A stretch of 63,350 nt of DNA, counting the filler, from Chiloscyllium plagiosum (Eukaryota): NCBI RefSeq assembly GCF_004010195.1. It is 5 parts of one record of this genome, joined end to end, with 100 filler letters (N's around TTAATTAATTAA, not from the genome) between each part and the next. Parts side by side here need not be neighbours in the genome. Positions count along the whole stretch, not along the records: positions 1 to 18,974 come from NC_057712.1; 4 more parts are not named here. One strand, given 5' to 3'. Each line of letters opens with the position of its first letter. Position 1 is the first letter of the stretch. The notes under the pieces were generated by a model, which searched no databases, had not been told where the DNA came from, and saw only the letters and a program-made list of their open reading frames with translations. Both the position numbers and the translations under genes were made by a program. Positions 1 through 13,190 of the stretch are shown piece by piece.

Positions 1-228
1 CACGCTTCAGTCTCTCTGCCTTTATTCCTGATGAAGGGCTTTTGCCCGAAACGTCGATTTCGCTGCTCGTTGGATGCTCCCTGAATTGCTGTGCTCTTCC
101 AGCACCACTGATCCAGAATCTGGTTTCCAGCATCTGCAGTTATTGTTTTTACCTCGTTGATTTTAACCCTACTGCGAATCCTCTTGCAAGGATGCCTGCC
201 TTGAAGAAGTTTTCCTCCTCTCTCTCCG
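1..228 (+). mobile_element. Penelope-like element terminal (pLTR) fragment
   Basis: CTGATGAAGGGCTTTTGCCCGAAACGTCG followed by ...CCAGCACCACTGATCCAGAATCTGGTTTCCAGCATCTGCAG; the same unit recurs in reverse at 59523-59670. Confidence 0.6.
24..59 (+). ncRNA. minimal type I hammerhead ribozyme motif (family A)
   Basis: CUGAUGA (28-34), extra A, stem II GGGC/UUUU/GCCC, GAAA (48-51), palindromic ACGU helix III, GUC cleavage triplet (53-55); stem I weak. Confidence 0.6.
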
Positions 229-395
229 ATGAATTTCCATGTCAGGTGCTGTGAAGCTTTAATATGATGGTGTTTCCACCTGCCTGCTGCCTTGGTCCTT
301 CTAAATGATAGAGGTCACAGGTCTGGAAGGCACTGTTGCAGAAGCATTGAAAGCTACAGCATGTTATTTGATGAATTATGTTTGATTCTTAAAAA

Positions 396-1159
396 AACAT
401 GCTCAAACATCACCATACCTGCTTCTTTGCACATAGCTATATGTAACCAATACTGAATGCACTATTGAATGGCTACACAATTCAGCAAGGTGCATAAGCT
501 TGTCCCTAACAATGATGCGACTGTAATGGCTAAATTGCCACCATTTGTGTGCAACCTATAAGATATAGGTCTAAGACTTGCAAAAGTGTGATGGTGAGGC
601 ATAGTGTTAGGTATGATCCTTGATTGATGGAGATTGTCAGTGAGTGGGCTATGGGGTTGGCTGCAATGTGCAGTGGCTGAGGATAGAAGGATAGTTGGTG
701 TGATATTGTTCTTGAATGTGAATTTACTGATCATTCACTCATTTGCAAAATTGGATTCATATCTGCATTTCTGGAATTGACTTCCATAGTCACCTAATCC
801 TACTGCCTTTGAAGAACTTGCCTGCAGGACCTCTTAGTCTCCTTTGAATAGAGTAGCTCTTCCCTCCTGCACCAAACACAAATCAGAGAAGCTTTGACCA
901 TGCCCTCAGTTCTGCTGCATTATAATTTCATGTTCTTCTTGCTTGGATTTCTTTTTCAACCATTTGTGATACCTTTCCCATTGAATGTACCTTTAAGAAA
1001 TACAGGCTTGGTTTAAGTAGTGCAGGTCAGTCTTAAGCAGCGTTAGCATTACAAAGCTTGTGCACCTTGCTGAATTGTGTAGCCATTCAATAGTGCATTC
1101 AGTATTGGTTACACATAGCTATGTGCAAAGAAGCAGGTATGGTGATGTTTGAGCATGTT
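396..1159. repeat. 106-bp inverted repeat (396-501 / 1054-1159), 552-bp spacer
   Basis: Arms are reverse complements with 2 mismatches in 106 nt. Confidence 0.95.
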
Positions 1160-1780
1160 CTGATTGATCCTAATTTGCAGGACCCATGGCAATTATTCTT
1201 CAAACTTCAAATCACTAATCTTCATCTTGGATATTCTTAAACAATAAAACGTAAGGATTGAATAAAAGACAGGGGGAGGACTGAGAAGCAAAGTAAATCA
1301 GGGTGGGAGAATTCAATGTGAAATCAACTACAGAGATAAATAAACAGAGGAAAAGAAAGGTTTGATATTTTCAAATCTCCAACAATAAATGAAGCTTTGA
1401 TACATTGTTTTTCATTTCCTGGGCCAGAAAGGTTGATCACCAATCATCAAAAATGGAACTTTTAATCAAAATTAACTCTGAATCAATTATTAGGCTTGAC
1501 TTTCTTTTGGTGAATATGATCTTAGTGTTCCCTTGGAATAAGTTCCCGTGGAATCCAAACATAAGGAAAGGAAAAAAGAAAGGGAAAGACAAGAGAAAGG
1601 CTAGAATACATGGTGGTGAAATGAGGGAAAGATGAAGGAAGGGGAAAAGGGCAAGTAAAATACTAATGGAGAAGCATAACTTTGTTTTTAAAAATCCAAA
1701 ATTCATAATCTCCATCAGCAGTCAGACATTAGTCAGCTTGTTGGTCAGTCCCTGGTCGGTGGGGGCTTTTGAGTGCCTTA

Positions 1781-2628
1781 GAGTCAGAGAGTCATAGAGA
1801 TGTACAGCACAGAAACAGACCCTTCGGTCCTACACAGACCCTTCCATGCTGACCAGATATTCTAATCTAATTTAGTCCAATTTGCCAACATTTTATCTGT
1901 ATCCCTCTAAACCCTTTCTATTCATATACCCATCCAGATGCCTCTTAAAATGTTGTAGTTGTACCAGCCTCCACCACTTCCTCATTCCATACATCCACCA
2001 CCCTTTCTGTGAAAAGTTTGCCCCTTAGATTGCTTTTAAATTTTTCCCTTCTCACCCTAAACCTATGCCCTCTAGTTCTGGACTCCTCCACCCCAGGGAA
2101 AAAACCTTGTCTATTTATCCTATCTATGCCCCTCATGATTTTATAAGGCTCTATTAGATCACGCCTCAGCCTCCGCTTCTCCAGGGAAAACAGCCTCAGT
2201 CTATTCAGCCTCTCCCTATAGATCAAATCCTCCAACCCTGGAAACATCCTTGTAAATCTTTTCTGAATTGACCAGAATTGCACGCAATATTCCAAAAATG
2301 GCATAACCAATGTCCTGTACAGCCACAACATGACCTCCTAAGTCCTGTACTCAATGCTCTGACCAATAAAGGAAAGTATACCAAATGCCTTCTTCACTAT
2401 CCTACCTACCTGTGACTCCGTTTTCAAGAAGCAATGAACCTGTACTCCAAGGTCTCTTTGTTCAGCAACACTCCTCAGGACCTTATCATTAAGTGTATAA
2501 GTCTTGCTCTGATTTGCTTTCCCAAAATGCAGCACCTCACATTTATCTGAATTAAACTCCATCTGCCACTACTCAGACCATTGTCCCATCTGATCAAGAT
2601 CCTGTTGTACTCTGAGGTAACATTCTTG
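1781..2628 (-). mobile_element. CR1 LINE 3' fragment (ORF2 C-terminus and tail)
   Basis: Minus-strand MEFNSDKCEVLHFGK... and LEYCVQFWS...RRLRRDLIE; CTCTATGACT-type tail. Confidence 0.9.
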
Positions 2629-5289
2629 CAATTTCTTTGTATTCTTGTGTTTTTGACCTTCATCATTAACCCTGCTCCTAACCCAGCTACACTTTGCTGA
2701 AAAAGGGTTCACCCCTGTGGATATAAAGAACAATCAACATTCAAACCAACCAACTTCACAAAACTCACGAAGGTTAAATGCCAGGTGATATTTTTCACAA
2801 AGCTAATATCAGACAAATACAAAACAACCAGCAACTTGTAACACTTCACAATTTACAGGCTAACTCTTCCATATCTTAGGTTGGTGGCTGTTTTGCATAT
2901 GAATAGTGGTATGTATTGTTGCAGGAAAGAGTTGGGGAGGTCAATACAGTATCATTGGTGCATTTGTCTAAATGTCTAGGGAGATATTAGCTGAATTGTA
3001 ATAGCAATCTCTCTACATGGTATCAATAATTTTGGCTAATACTAGCAAGAAGGGTTGGTAGCAGTGAAATTACCCAAAGCTTCTCAGATTTACCATTATA
3101 AAAACGGACCAGGCATGCAACCTATTCAAAAATGCACTCAGTGGGGCATGCGTTATCCTACTGTTTCCTTCTCAGGTACATGAATAGTTGCTTATTGGCA
3201 GGAGAAACAAAAGGGTATTGAAGGTGGGTGTGCAAGTGGAATTTGGATTGCAAAATGAATGGTGGAGCAAGCTTGAAGGGCCAAATTTTACACCTCTGTT
3301 TCTAATTTGTATTTGTGTATGTGGCAACCGGAATTTACCAAATTGGCTATGTTTCTTCTGTCCCATGGTAGGTTAGGAGGCACAACCATGAGCAACGCTG
3401 TAAAATAGCACATTGGGTTGGCTACCTGATGAGTTCCTCCCTCTGGGGTCAATGCAAATGGACCAGTTGGGCAAAAGCGATTGCACTGTAGAGATCTCCC
3501 TGGTGAGGGATAGTCCCTCTGCTGAGGCTAGTGGTAGCGTCCCTGCAGCTCAGCAGGAAGGCTACCAATGCCTCCCCTAACATGCATAAGAATAAACCTG
3601 CTAGCATGTGACATTGAGAGCTCTGTCCATAAGCTGTGAATAGGGCCCTCCCTCCACAATGGTCACCCTATAGCTGTGACCCTGCTTGTGTTTTTATATT
3701 TGTTTGGCCAATGCCGCAGAGAGCAATTCCATTTAGAGGCACCCTCACCCTGGATCAGAAGTATTCATCTTTCCCAGGGAGGCTGCTGGACAAGCATGAA
3801 TATCCTGGTACAGGGGCTCTCACATACCTAGCCAACTTACTCTCCTTTTTTTGGACATGGTTCCTGGAGGCAGCCAGTTAAGGAGCCACCTCTGGAAAGC
3901 TTATCACTTCTGGGTTCCTGACCCAATACTGAGGTCCATGTTGGAACTGTAACCAATACAATACACTAACAATAAAACTCCAAAAGTCCTTGTACTTGAA
4001 TTGACTGGCCTGACCACCCTCATCAGCATCCTGTCCAAACATAAACTGGAGTAATTTTAATGCTACATTGCTGCTGTGATCATCTAGAGAACTCCTCATC
4101 AAAACTTCAAATATAGGCTATCATGCTGTCAAACCTGGATAGAACTTCTATTAATTTGTCAAATCTATGACAACAAAGAAACAAAAATAATAATCCAAAC
4201 CATCACCAAATCAATATCTGTTTGAAGCACTATCTTAAACTGTCTGAAAAATGTGTCCATAGCTTTAATTATTTTCAGAATCATCTAGCTAAGAATGTTT
4301 TATCAACCCTTTCTTAAAATAGATGTGCAGCAAATACGAATGTTTCAAGCAAAAGAAGGGGAGAATACAGTAAACCAAACATATTAAGGCTACACTAAAA
4401 TGTGTCACAATGTTGGTCTCTTTACAAGCTTAGTGTGCCCATGAGTTTTTTTCCCAGAGAGGGGGTAATTGGCCAGGCTCCATCTAGGCTGGGCTTGAAA
4501 GGTTTATTGAGGCCCTTTTTGTTTACCCCTAATAGATAATGCCTCTGGTCTAATGCTTTCATGTCTTAGAAAAACCAATATATTTAAAAGTAAGTGGCCA
4601 GCTAGCTGTGTGGCTAGCCTTTGTTCAGATTAGAGTATCCTGGTCCATGACAAATAGAAAAGTTACAATCTGGGCTACCTGCTTAAAAAATGTTTTGAGG
4701 GGTTGGGCCTGGTCCATAACAAATAGCTAATGGCAGAACAGCTCAAATTTATTCAACCTTTGTTAATGAAATGACCTAAGGCATTTAGCTGACGGGTACA
4801 AAGTATGGCCCTGAGTCACATAGGGCAATAGTAGATCAGATGACAAAAGGCTTCATCAAAGAGAAAGTTTTGAGAAATACCTTAAAGGTGGAAAGTAAGG
4901 TAGAGAGGTGTGTAGATGGAGGGATAGAATTTTAGGATTTGGAACTTGGACAACTGAAGGCACAGCCATCAAGGTGAACGATGGATAACTGGGGGGGCGG
5001 AGGGGCGGGAAGTGCGGCAAGTGAGTTCCAAGGCCATAAAGCAGTTCTTTTCCACATGTATTTCAGCGAGGCTCATAGCCTGCATTTCTCATTATTGCAT
5101 GTATCATGTCCACCTAACAATCTCACCCACCTCATCTTCCCAAAATGCCAACTCTTCCTGCTCAGTCACTGGGAATACCTCTCCTGATCTTGCATCACTG
5201 TCAACAGTTCTTCTATCTGCTTCATCATACTGCCCTTTTGACTCAGTGAGTAGTGACCCTGTGAGTTGAGACAGCAGATAGAAGATGGT

Positions 5290-5790
5290 GTCATAGAGTC
5301 TTTATCATAGAATCATACAGCATAAAGGCCCTTCAGCCCATTGAGTCTGTCCAAACCTATCTACACTAATCTCAATTTTCAGCATTTGGCCCTTAACCCT
5401 GAATGTTAAGACATTTTAAGTGCTCATCCATGCACGTTTTAAAGATTGTGAACTGCCTCTACTACCTTCCTAGGCAGTGCATTTCAGATTCCCATCACTC
5501 TCTAGGTAAAAAAAAAGTTACCTCAAATCCCCTCTAAATCTTCTGCTGCTCACCTTAAGATCATGCCCTTTTGTTACTGACCCTTCCACTAAGGGGAACA
5601 GCTACTTCCTACTCACCCTGTCCATGCTCCTCATAATCTTATGCACCTCAATCAGGTTTCTCCTCTGCCTTCTCTGTTCCAAAGAAAACTACCAAAGTCT
5701 ATCCAGCCTCTCTTCATAGCTAAAATGCTCCATCCCAGGAAACATCCTACACACCCTAATGACCAAAATTGCACACAACTCCAACATAAC
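5290..5790 (-). mobile_element. degraded CR1 LINE 3' fragment
   Basis: Similar to the reverse complement of the CR1 3' ends elsewhere in the window. Confidence 0.7.
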
Positions 5791-5892
5791 CATTCCTAGG
5801 TTGACCTCTCTCTGAGGAAACCACGCTGAATATCCCTGATCAAACTTTACCTCTCCCAGTGGAGATTCATTCTCTCCTTCACAGTCTTTTTT

Positions 5893-6196
5893 TAGATTAG
5901 ATTACTTACAGTGTGGAAACAGGCCCTTCGACCCAACAAGTCCACATCGACCCGCCGAGGCACACCCACCCAGACCCATTCCCCTACACCTAACACTACG
6001 GGCAATTTAGCATGGCCAATTCACCTAACCTACACATTTTTGGACTGTGGGAGGAAACCAGAGCACGCGGAGGAAACCCACGGAGACACGGAGAGAATGT
6101 GCAAACTCCACACAGTCAGTCGCCTGAGGCGGGAATTGAACCTCGGTCTCTGGCGCTGTGAGGCAGCAGTGCTAACCACTGTGCCACCGTGCCGCC
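5893..6196 (-). mobile_element. HE1-type tRNA-derived V-SINE
   Basis: Reverse of GGCGGCACGGTGGCACAGTGGTTAGCACTGCTGCCTCACAGCGCCAGAGACC..GGTTCAATTCCC (pol III A/B boxes), V-SINE core and (TAATC)n tail. Confidence 0.9.
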
Positions 6197-6235
6197 AGGT
6201 TTTTTCGAATACCTTGTGAAACACTTTACTTTCTT

Positions 6236-6650
6236 TATTTTCTATTCACTCACAGATGTGGGTATCGCTGATTAGACCAACATTTACTATCCACATCGAG
6301 TTGCCCTTGAGAAGGTGGCGGTGAGCTACCTTCTTGAACTGTTGCAGTCCACTTGCCAGAAGTTGATACACAATGCCATTATGGAGAAACTTCCAGGATT
6401 TTGACCCAGTGACATGGTGATATATTTCTAAGACAGAATGGAAAGTGGCTTGGAGGGGAACTTACACTGGGCGGTGTTCCCATTTATCTGCTGCGCTTTT
6501 ATTTCTAGATGGTAGTAGTCATGGGTGTGGAAGGTGCTATCTAAGGAGCTTTGATGAATCTTGCAGCACATCTTGACAATGGTGTACACTGCTGCTACTG
6601 AGTGTCGGCGGTGGTGGGAGTGATTATTTGTGGATGTGGTGCCAATCAAC
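6236..6650 (-). mobile_element. old LINE 3' fragment (L2/CR1-group; same family as 41480-42378)
   Basis: Reverse complement aligns to 41990-42370. Confidence 0.6.
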
Positions 6651-8482
6651 TACAATAAAAGTGATATTTTTGAAAAGTGTAATTATTTTATTTCAAAGTC
6701 CAAAATGCTAGTACCTGTTTATGAATGTATGCAAATCTACAGCAGACGTTATGTCTGACTCTTTTAGTTGGCTTCCTGGTGACGACCTCTGACAAAGTAA
6801 AATTGCCACTCCTGTAACCATGGCAACAGTTGCTGTCATTTGGCCAAGATTTCTTTATATGGATAGCTTGCAAAGGTTTCATAATGAATTAATTTGCATT
6901 GATAAAACAATAACAAAATATATAGTGTCAATAATTATTTGAGTTTGGATTTTTAAAGAGTTTTTTTGTACTAACATTGACTCCTTTACAAAAATGACAT
7001 AATTAAGTTTATTCACACAGTAACTAACTAGTATGTGTTTAGAATTACTCGCTGAATGTTTTTTTTTCTATTTATATTTGTCTAATAGTTTAATAGACAA
7101 AAATAACAGATGGAGAACTATATTTGACTATTTACATGCATATGGCACAAACAACTTCTGACTTACTGTGGAAGACAGATATTCATCTGTATGAATGCCA
7201 ATATGCCCATAATTCAAAATGATATAGTCAGTATAGCAGTATATGAATTTTGTTTGTAATTAAAAAACACAACCAGAGTTCTTTACATCTTCGCAATATT
7301 AACTAAGATTTTTTTTAAAAATGTATCAAAAATCATAATCCAAATTATATCAATGCATATCAGTTTCTGACACAGATGCGCAGGCAGACACAAAAGGGAA
7401 GGTACACCTGCTTTCCAAAGATAAAACAAGAGCACCTGAGAACAGAAAAAGCTAATTCTTATGGAAAATGTCAACTAACTGGACGCAACCTGAGAAAGTC
7501 TCAGGCTGATAAGAGTCAAGAGTTGGTCAATGTCATTCATAACTGCTTCTTCATTTGAATAAAGATAAGAGAATCAACTATCCCTAGAACTGGCACTTGG
7601 CAGTAACCTTTAACATGTACATGAAGCACAAGTCAAGTGACCACTGAAAATTCAAGTCCAATATGAGCAGGGAGTCAAAAATATCTCTGCCTTAGAGCTA
7701 AGTATATCATTTTAGAAGGGTTGAACCTGATTGAAATAAATGTTCAACTCAAAGATTGAGGACAATTTCCAATGCAAACAAAAGGAACATTGTTGAAGAT
7801 ATCTTTCTGAGATTTTAGGCAAAATATACTTCCAAATTAAACAAATTCACATTAAACAAATGTGACCTAATTTATCAGCAACAAATTGTAAGTGTGGTAA
7901 ACAGAGGTAATGGCATACATCTTTCAAAGAGAATGAGGGATCGATTCTTTGAGACTGAAACAGTGTGTTAAGTTAGAAGAGGCAAAAAAAAACATAACTG
8001 GAAAGAAATAACATAACAGATGAAGCTCAACATAACAGTTTGAAAACAGGTGACATTTATACATAAACTGAGGATAAGCACAAAATGAATATTCTGAACA
8101 GATCCTCAAGAGAATATATGAAAAATATACCCTCGTCAAAAAATCATAAGTAAAATCAATGGCTCGTACAAATCAGGAATCTTACATAGGTTAAATGGCC
8201 TCAAAATAAATTCCCGGGGACAAATGTTATTTATCCTCACTTTCAGTGAGAGGCTGAGAAGGAGGAGGTAATATGATAATCTCTTCGGAGATATAATATT
8301 GAATTCTGCATCCAAGATGCCAAGAAAACAGAAAGACATACAGTGCTGAGAGCAATGCAAACAAGAACCATTTTACTGATCTCCAGCATCAGGGAATACT
8401 GAAGAAAACTGTGAAGACAGCTAACAGTTGATATTAAGAAAGTTATATGAGACTGTTTAGAGAAAGCTAACCCATGTTATTT

Positions 8483-8885
8483 AAAAGCAAAATACGGTCG
8501 ATGCTGAAAATCTGAAATAAACGCAAAGGACGCTGGAGAAATTCAGCAGGTCTGACAGCATCTGTCGAGAGAGAAAGAGAGTTAATTGTTCAAGTCCAGT
8601 ATGATTCTACGAAGAGAGTCACACTGGACTCAAATATTAACCATAAGACTACAAGAGATAGAGCAGAAGGAGGCCATTCAATATATCAAGTCTGCTCTAC
8701 CATTCAATGAGACCTTGGCTGATCCGATAATCCTCAACTCCATTTTCTTGCTTTTACCCCAGAGCCCTTGATCACCTAACTGATTAAAAATCTGTCTGTC
8801 CCATCCTTCAATATACTGTGCTTGTCTCACCACAGATGATACCAAACCTGTTGAATTTCTCCAACAATGTCTCTGTGTTTGTAAC
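8483..8885. mobile_element. old Penelope-like fold-back element interrupted by a LINE tail (about 8642-8815)
   Basis: GATGCTGAAAATCTGAAA...CAGCAGGTCTGACAGCATCTG arm and inverted CACAGATG..CCAAACCTGTTGAATTTCTCCA arm; decayed hammerhead-like centre. Related half copies at about 19545-19635 and 45670-45800. Confidence 0.5.
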
Positions 8886-8912
8886 TCAAATTATTTGTTG
8901 AAATTGAACTGT

Positions 8913-9110
8913 CTGGGTAGAAGTGGAGGAGGTGGGTACAATTACAACATTTAAAAGGCACCTGAACAGGTCTATGAAAAGGAAAGGAAGGATATGGGCC
9001 AAATGCTGGCAAACGGGACTAGGTCAGATCGGGATGTCTGATTGGCATGGACAAGTTGGAACTAAGGGTCTGTTTCCATGATGTATGACTCTGTGAGTCT
9101 ATGACCCTAT
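8913..9110 (+). mobile_element. CR1 3' tail fragment
   Basis: GAAGTGGAGGAGG..TACAATTACAACATTTAAAAGGCA...TGACTCTGTGAGTCTATGA. Confidence 0.8.
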
Positions 9111-9689
9111 AAAGAAGTGCAATATCGAGTAGATCAAACATCATGAAAATCTTATTTATACAACATGTGTATCATGTTAAGGAAACTTTCTGGTGAAATA
9201 AGAAGACAAAAACCCTGGAATCATTTCAGAAATAATAAGATGTGACAAAAAGACTAGGTGCATGTTCAGAGTTATTCACTCAACAATACACATTTTTTCT
9301 ACTTATATTTGTCTAACAGTTTAAGGCACAAAAATAACAGATGAAGCATTCTGTTTGACTAGTTCTGTGCATATGGTGGAACTAATTCATGGCTTCTAGA
9401 AAATCTGTTTATTCTTCAGTATGAATGGCAATGTGCCCATAATTCACAAGACCATAAGAACTCAGAGTAAGAGTAGTTCTTCAGCCTGCTGTGCCTATGA
9501 ATACAATTATAGTTGATTTAAAATGTCTTTGTCAGGATATGGTCTGTAGCGCAATCTATGCATTTTTAAAATCTAATTAAAGTACGCAGTCAAGTTTCTT
9601 TCCATCTGAACAATATCAACAAAGATTTTTTTTTAAATAGCAAAAATCATAATCCAAAACACATCTGAGCTCTGCAGTCTTGTCATATC

Positions 9690-10128
9690 CATCATGAGTG
9701 ATAGTGGATAACAAAACAACTCACGAGAGGAGAAGACTCCACAATATCCTTAAACACAATAATGGGGAAGCCTAAAACATCAGTGCACAAGAAAAAGCTG
9801 AAGTACTTGTAATCTTCAGCCAGAAGAGCCGAGTGGATGATCCATCTTGGTCTCCTCTAGTGGTCCCCAGCACCGCAGAGGCCAGTCTTCAGCCAATTTG
9901 ATTCACTCCGAGTGATCTCAAGAAATGGCTAACGACTTGGGATACTGCAAAGGATCTCGGCCTTGATAATATTCTGGAAATAGCCCTGAAGACTTGTGTT
10001 CAAAAGCTTGCCACATTGTTCCAGTCCAGCTGCAACACTGGCATCTATCTGACCATGTGGAAAATTTCCTAGTTCCATCTTAAACACAAAAAGCAAACAT
10101 TCAACCCTGCCAATTACCATCCTATCAG
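9690..10128 (+). mobile_element. degraded LINE ORF2 fragment (pre-RT region)
   Basis: Frameshifted remnants of DTAK..G.DNI...LKTC...LF....NTGIY..MWK...NPANYHPIS. Confidence 0.6.
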
Positions 10129-10209
10129 TTTTTTTTTTGTCAATTCACTCATGGGATATGGGTGATGCTGGCTGGTCATGAAGTGCAGACTAGGCCTAAG
10201 ATGGTGGTG

Positions 10210-10391
10210 CTGAGCTGAAAATGTGTTGCTGGAAAAGCACAGCAGGTCAGGCAGCATCTAAGGAGCAGGAGAAGGGCTCATGCCCGAAACGTCGATTCTC
10301 CTGCTCCTTGGATGCTGCCTGACCTGCTGCGCTTTTCCAGCAACACATTTTCAGTTCTGATCTCCAGCATCGGCAGTCCTCACTTTCTCCT
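10210..10391. mobile_element. Penelope-like fold-back mini element with 14-bp TSD
   Basis: About 60-bp inverted arms around GGGCTCATGCCCGAAACGTC; TSD CTAAGATGGTGGTG at 10196-10209 and 10392-10405. Confidence 0.75.
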
Positions 10392-10770
10392 CTAAGATGG
10401 TGGTGAGCTGCATTAAATTAACTCCTTCAATCTTTGTGGCGTAGTTACATCTCCCAGTGCTCTTAAACAGAGAATTCCACTTCAGAAGGGATTTCTAGAA
10501 TTTTGAATCGGTGACAGGATAGGAATGGTGAGGTAATTCCAAGGCAAAATAATGTGTGGCTTGAAGGTGATAGAAGTTATGTTATTGGAAGGTGCTATTG
10601 GAAGAGCCTTGATGAGATATTGCACTGCATCTTATATATGGTACACCCTGCGACTAATGTGCATCATGGGTGAAGAAAGTGAATGTTAAGCTGGTGGATG
10701 AAGTTCTAATCAGGTAGACTGCTTTATCCTGGATGGTGTTGGTGTTTTTAAGAGTTGTTGAAGCTGCACT

Positions 10771-12855
10771 AGGGTAGTTATGGTAAGGGATTTTAACTTT
10801 CCAGACATCGACTGGGACTGCCATAGTGTTAAAGGTTTAGATGGAGAAGAATTTCTTAAGTGTGTACAAGACAATTTTCTGATTCAGTATGTGGATGTAC
10901 CTACAGGAAAGGTGCAAAACCTGACCTACTCTTGGGAAATAAGGCAGGGCAGGTGACTGAGGTATCAGTGGGGGAGCACTTTGGGGCCAGCGACCATAAT
11001 TCTATTCATTTTAAAATAGTGATGGAAAAGGATAGACCAGATCTAAAAGTTGAAGTTCTAAATTGGAGAAAGGCCAATTTTGATGGTATTAGGCAAGAAC
11101 TTTCAAAAGCTGATTATAGGCAGATGTTTGCAGGTAAAGGGACGGCTGGAAATTGGGAAGCCTTCAGAAATGAGATAACAAGAATCCAGAGAAAGTATAT
11201 TCCCATCAGGGTGAAAGGGGAGGCTGATAGGTATAGGGAATGCTGGATGACTAAAGAAATTGAGGGTTTGGTTAAGAAAAAGAAGGAAGCATATGTCAGG
11301 TATAGACAGGATAGATCGAGTGAATCCTTAGAAGAGTATAAAGAAAGTAGGAGTATACTTAAGAGGGAAGCCAGGAGGGCAAAACGGGGACATGAGATAG
11401 CTTTGGCAAATAGAATTAAGGAGAATCCAAAGGGCTTTTACAAATATATTAAGGACAAAAGGGTAACCAGGGAGAGAATAGGGCCCCTCAAAGATTAGGA
11501 AGGCGCAGGAGATGGGGGAGATACTAAATGAATATTTTGCATCAGTATTTACTGTGGAAAAGGACATGGAAGATATAGANNNNNNNNNNNNNNNNNNNNN
11601 NNNNNNNNNNNNNNNNNNNNNNNNNNNNNNNNNNNNNNNNNNNNNNNNNNNNNNNNNNNNNNNNNNNNNNNNNNNNNNNNNNNNNNNNNNNNNNNNNNNN
11701 NNNNNNNNNNNNNNNNNNNNNNNNNNNNNNNNNNNNNNNNNNNNNNNNNNNNNNNNNNNNNNNNNNNNNNNNNNNNNNNNNNNNNNNNNNNNNNNNNNNN
11801 NNNNNNNNNNNNNNNNNNNNNNNNNNNNNNNNNNNNNNNNNNNNNNNNNNNNNNNNNNNNNNNNNNNNNNNNNNNNNNNNNNNNNNNNNNNNNNNNNNNN
11901 NNNNNNNNNNNNNNNNNNNNNNNNNNNNNNNNNNNNNNNNNNNNNNNNNNNNNNNNNNNNNNNNNNNNNNNNNNNNNNNNNNNNNNNNNNNNNNNNNNNN
12001 NNNNNNNNNNNNNNNNNNAATGGGCTGAGAAGTGGCAGATGGAGTTTAATTCAGATAAATGTGAGGTGCTGCATTTTGGGAAAGCAAATCTTAGCAGGAC
12101 TTATACACTTAATGGTAAGGGCCTAGGGAGTGTTGCAGAACAAAGAAACCTTGGAGTGCAGGTTCATAGCTCCTTGAAAATGGAGTCGCAGGTAGATAGG
12201 ATAGTGAAGAAGGTGTTTGGTATGCTTTCCTTTATTGGTCAGAGTATTGAGTACAGGAGTTGGGAGGTCATGTTGCAGCTGTACAGGACATCGGCTAGGC
12301 CACTGTTGGAATATTGCGTGCAATTCTGGTCTCCTTCCTATCGGAAAAATGTTGTGAAACTTGAAAGGGTTCAGAAAAGATTTACAAGGACTTTGCCATG
12401 GTTGGAGGATTTGAGATATAGGGAGAGGCTGAACAGGCTGGGGCTGTTTTCCTGGAGCGTTGGAGGCTTAGGGGTGACCTTATAGAGGTTTACATAATTA
12501 TGAGGGGCATGGATAGGATAAATAGACAAAATCTTTTCCCTGGGGTCGGGGAGTCCAGAACTAGAGGGCATAGGTTTAGGGTGAGAGGGGAAAGATATAA
12601 AAGAGACCTAAGGGGCAACTTTTTCACGCAGAGGGTGGTACGTGTATGAAAGAGCTGCCAGAGGATGTGGTGGAGGCTAGTACATTGCAACATTTAAGAG
12701 GCATTTGGATGGGTATATGAATAGGAAGGGTTTGGAGGGATATGGGCCGGGTGCTGGCAGGTGGGACTAGATTGGGTTGGGATATCTGGTCAGCATGGAT
12801 GGGTTGGACCGAAGGGTCTGTTTCCATGCTGTTCATCTCTATGACCCTATGACTT
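10771..12855 (+). mobile_element. CR1 LINE (APE endonuclease C-terminus to 3' tail) spanning a gap
   Basis: GDFNFPDIDW, DLLLGNKAGQV, SDHNSI motifs; MEFNSDKCEVLHFGK and LEYCVQFWSP after the gap. Confidence 0.92.
11580..12018. other. assembly gap (N run)
   Basis: 439 N inside a CR1 element. Confidence 0.99.
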
Positions 12856-12879
12856 CTCTTGAGTTTCGCTCCCTGCTAT

Positions 12880-13190
12880 GGGGTAGCATGGTTGCTCAGT
12901 GGTTAGCACTGCTGCCTCACAGCACCAGGGACCTGGGTTCATTTCTAGTCTTGGGTGACTGTCTGTGTGGGGTTTGCACTTCCTCCCTGTGTCTGTCTGG
13001 GTTTCCTCCCACAGTCCAAAGGTGTGTAGGTTGGGTGAATTGACCATGCTAAATTGTCCCTTGTGTTCAGGGATGTGCAGGTTAGGTGCATTTGTCAGGG
13101 GTAAATATACAGGAATGGGCCTGGGTTGTTTACTCTTCAGTGTGTTGGTATGGACTTGTTGGGCCTGTTTCCACACTATAGGGATTCTAT
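12880..13190 (+). mobile_element. HE1-type V-SINE
   Basis: A/B-box head GCTCAGTGGTTAGCACTGCTGCCTCACAGCACCAGGGACCTGGGTTCA, core and tail. Confidence 0.85.

Larger units (their letters stand above)
7020..9685 (+). repeat. diverged direct duplication (about 7020-7370 and about 9250-9685)
   Basis: Collinear shared blocks TTATATTTGTCTAA, CAAAAATAACAGATG, TATGAATG..AAT.TGCCCATAATTCA, AAGATTTTTTTT..AAA, CAAAAATCATAATCCAAA. Confidence 0.8.
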
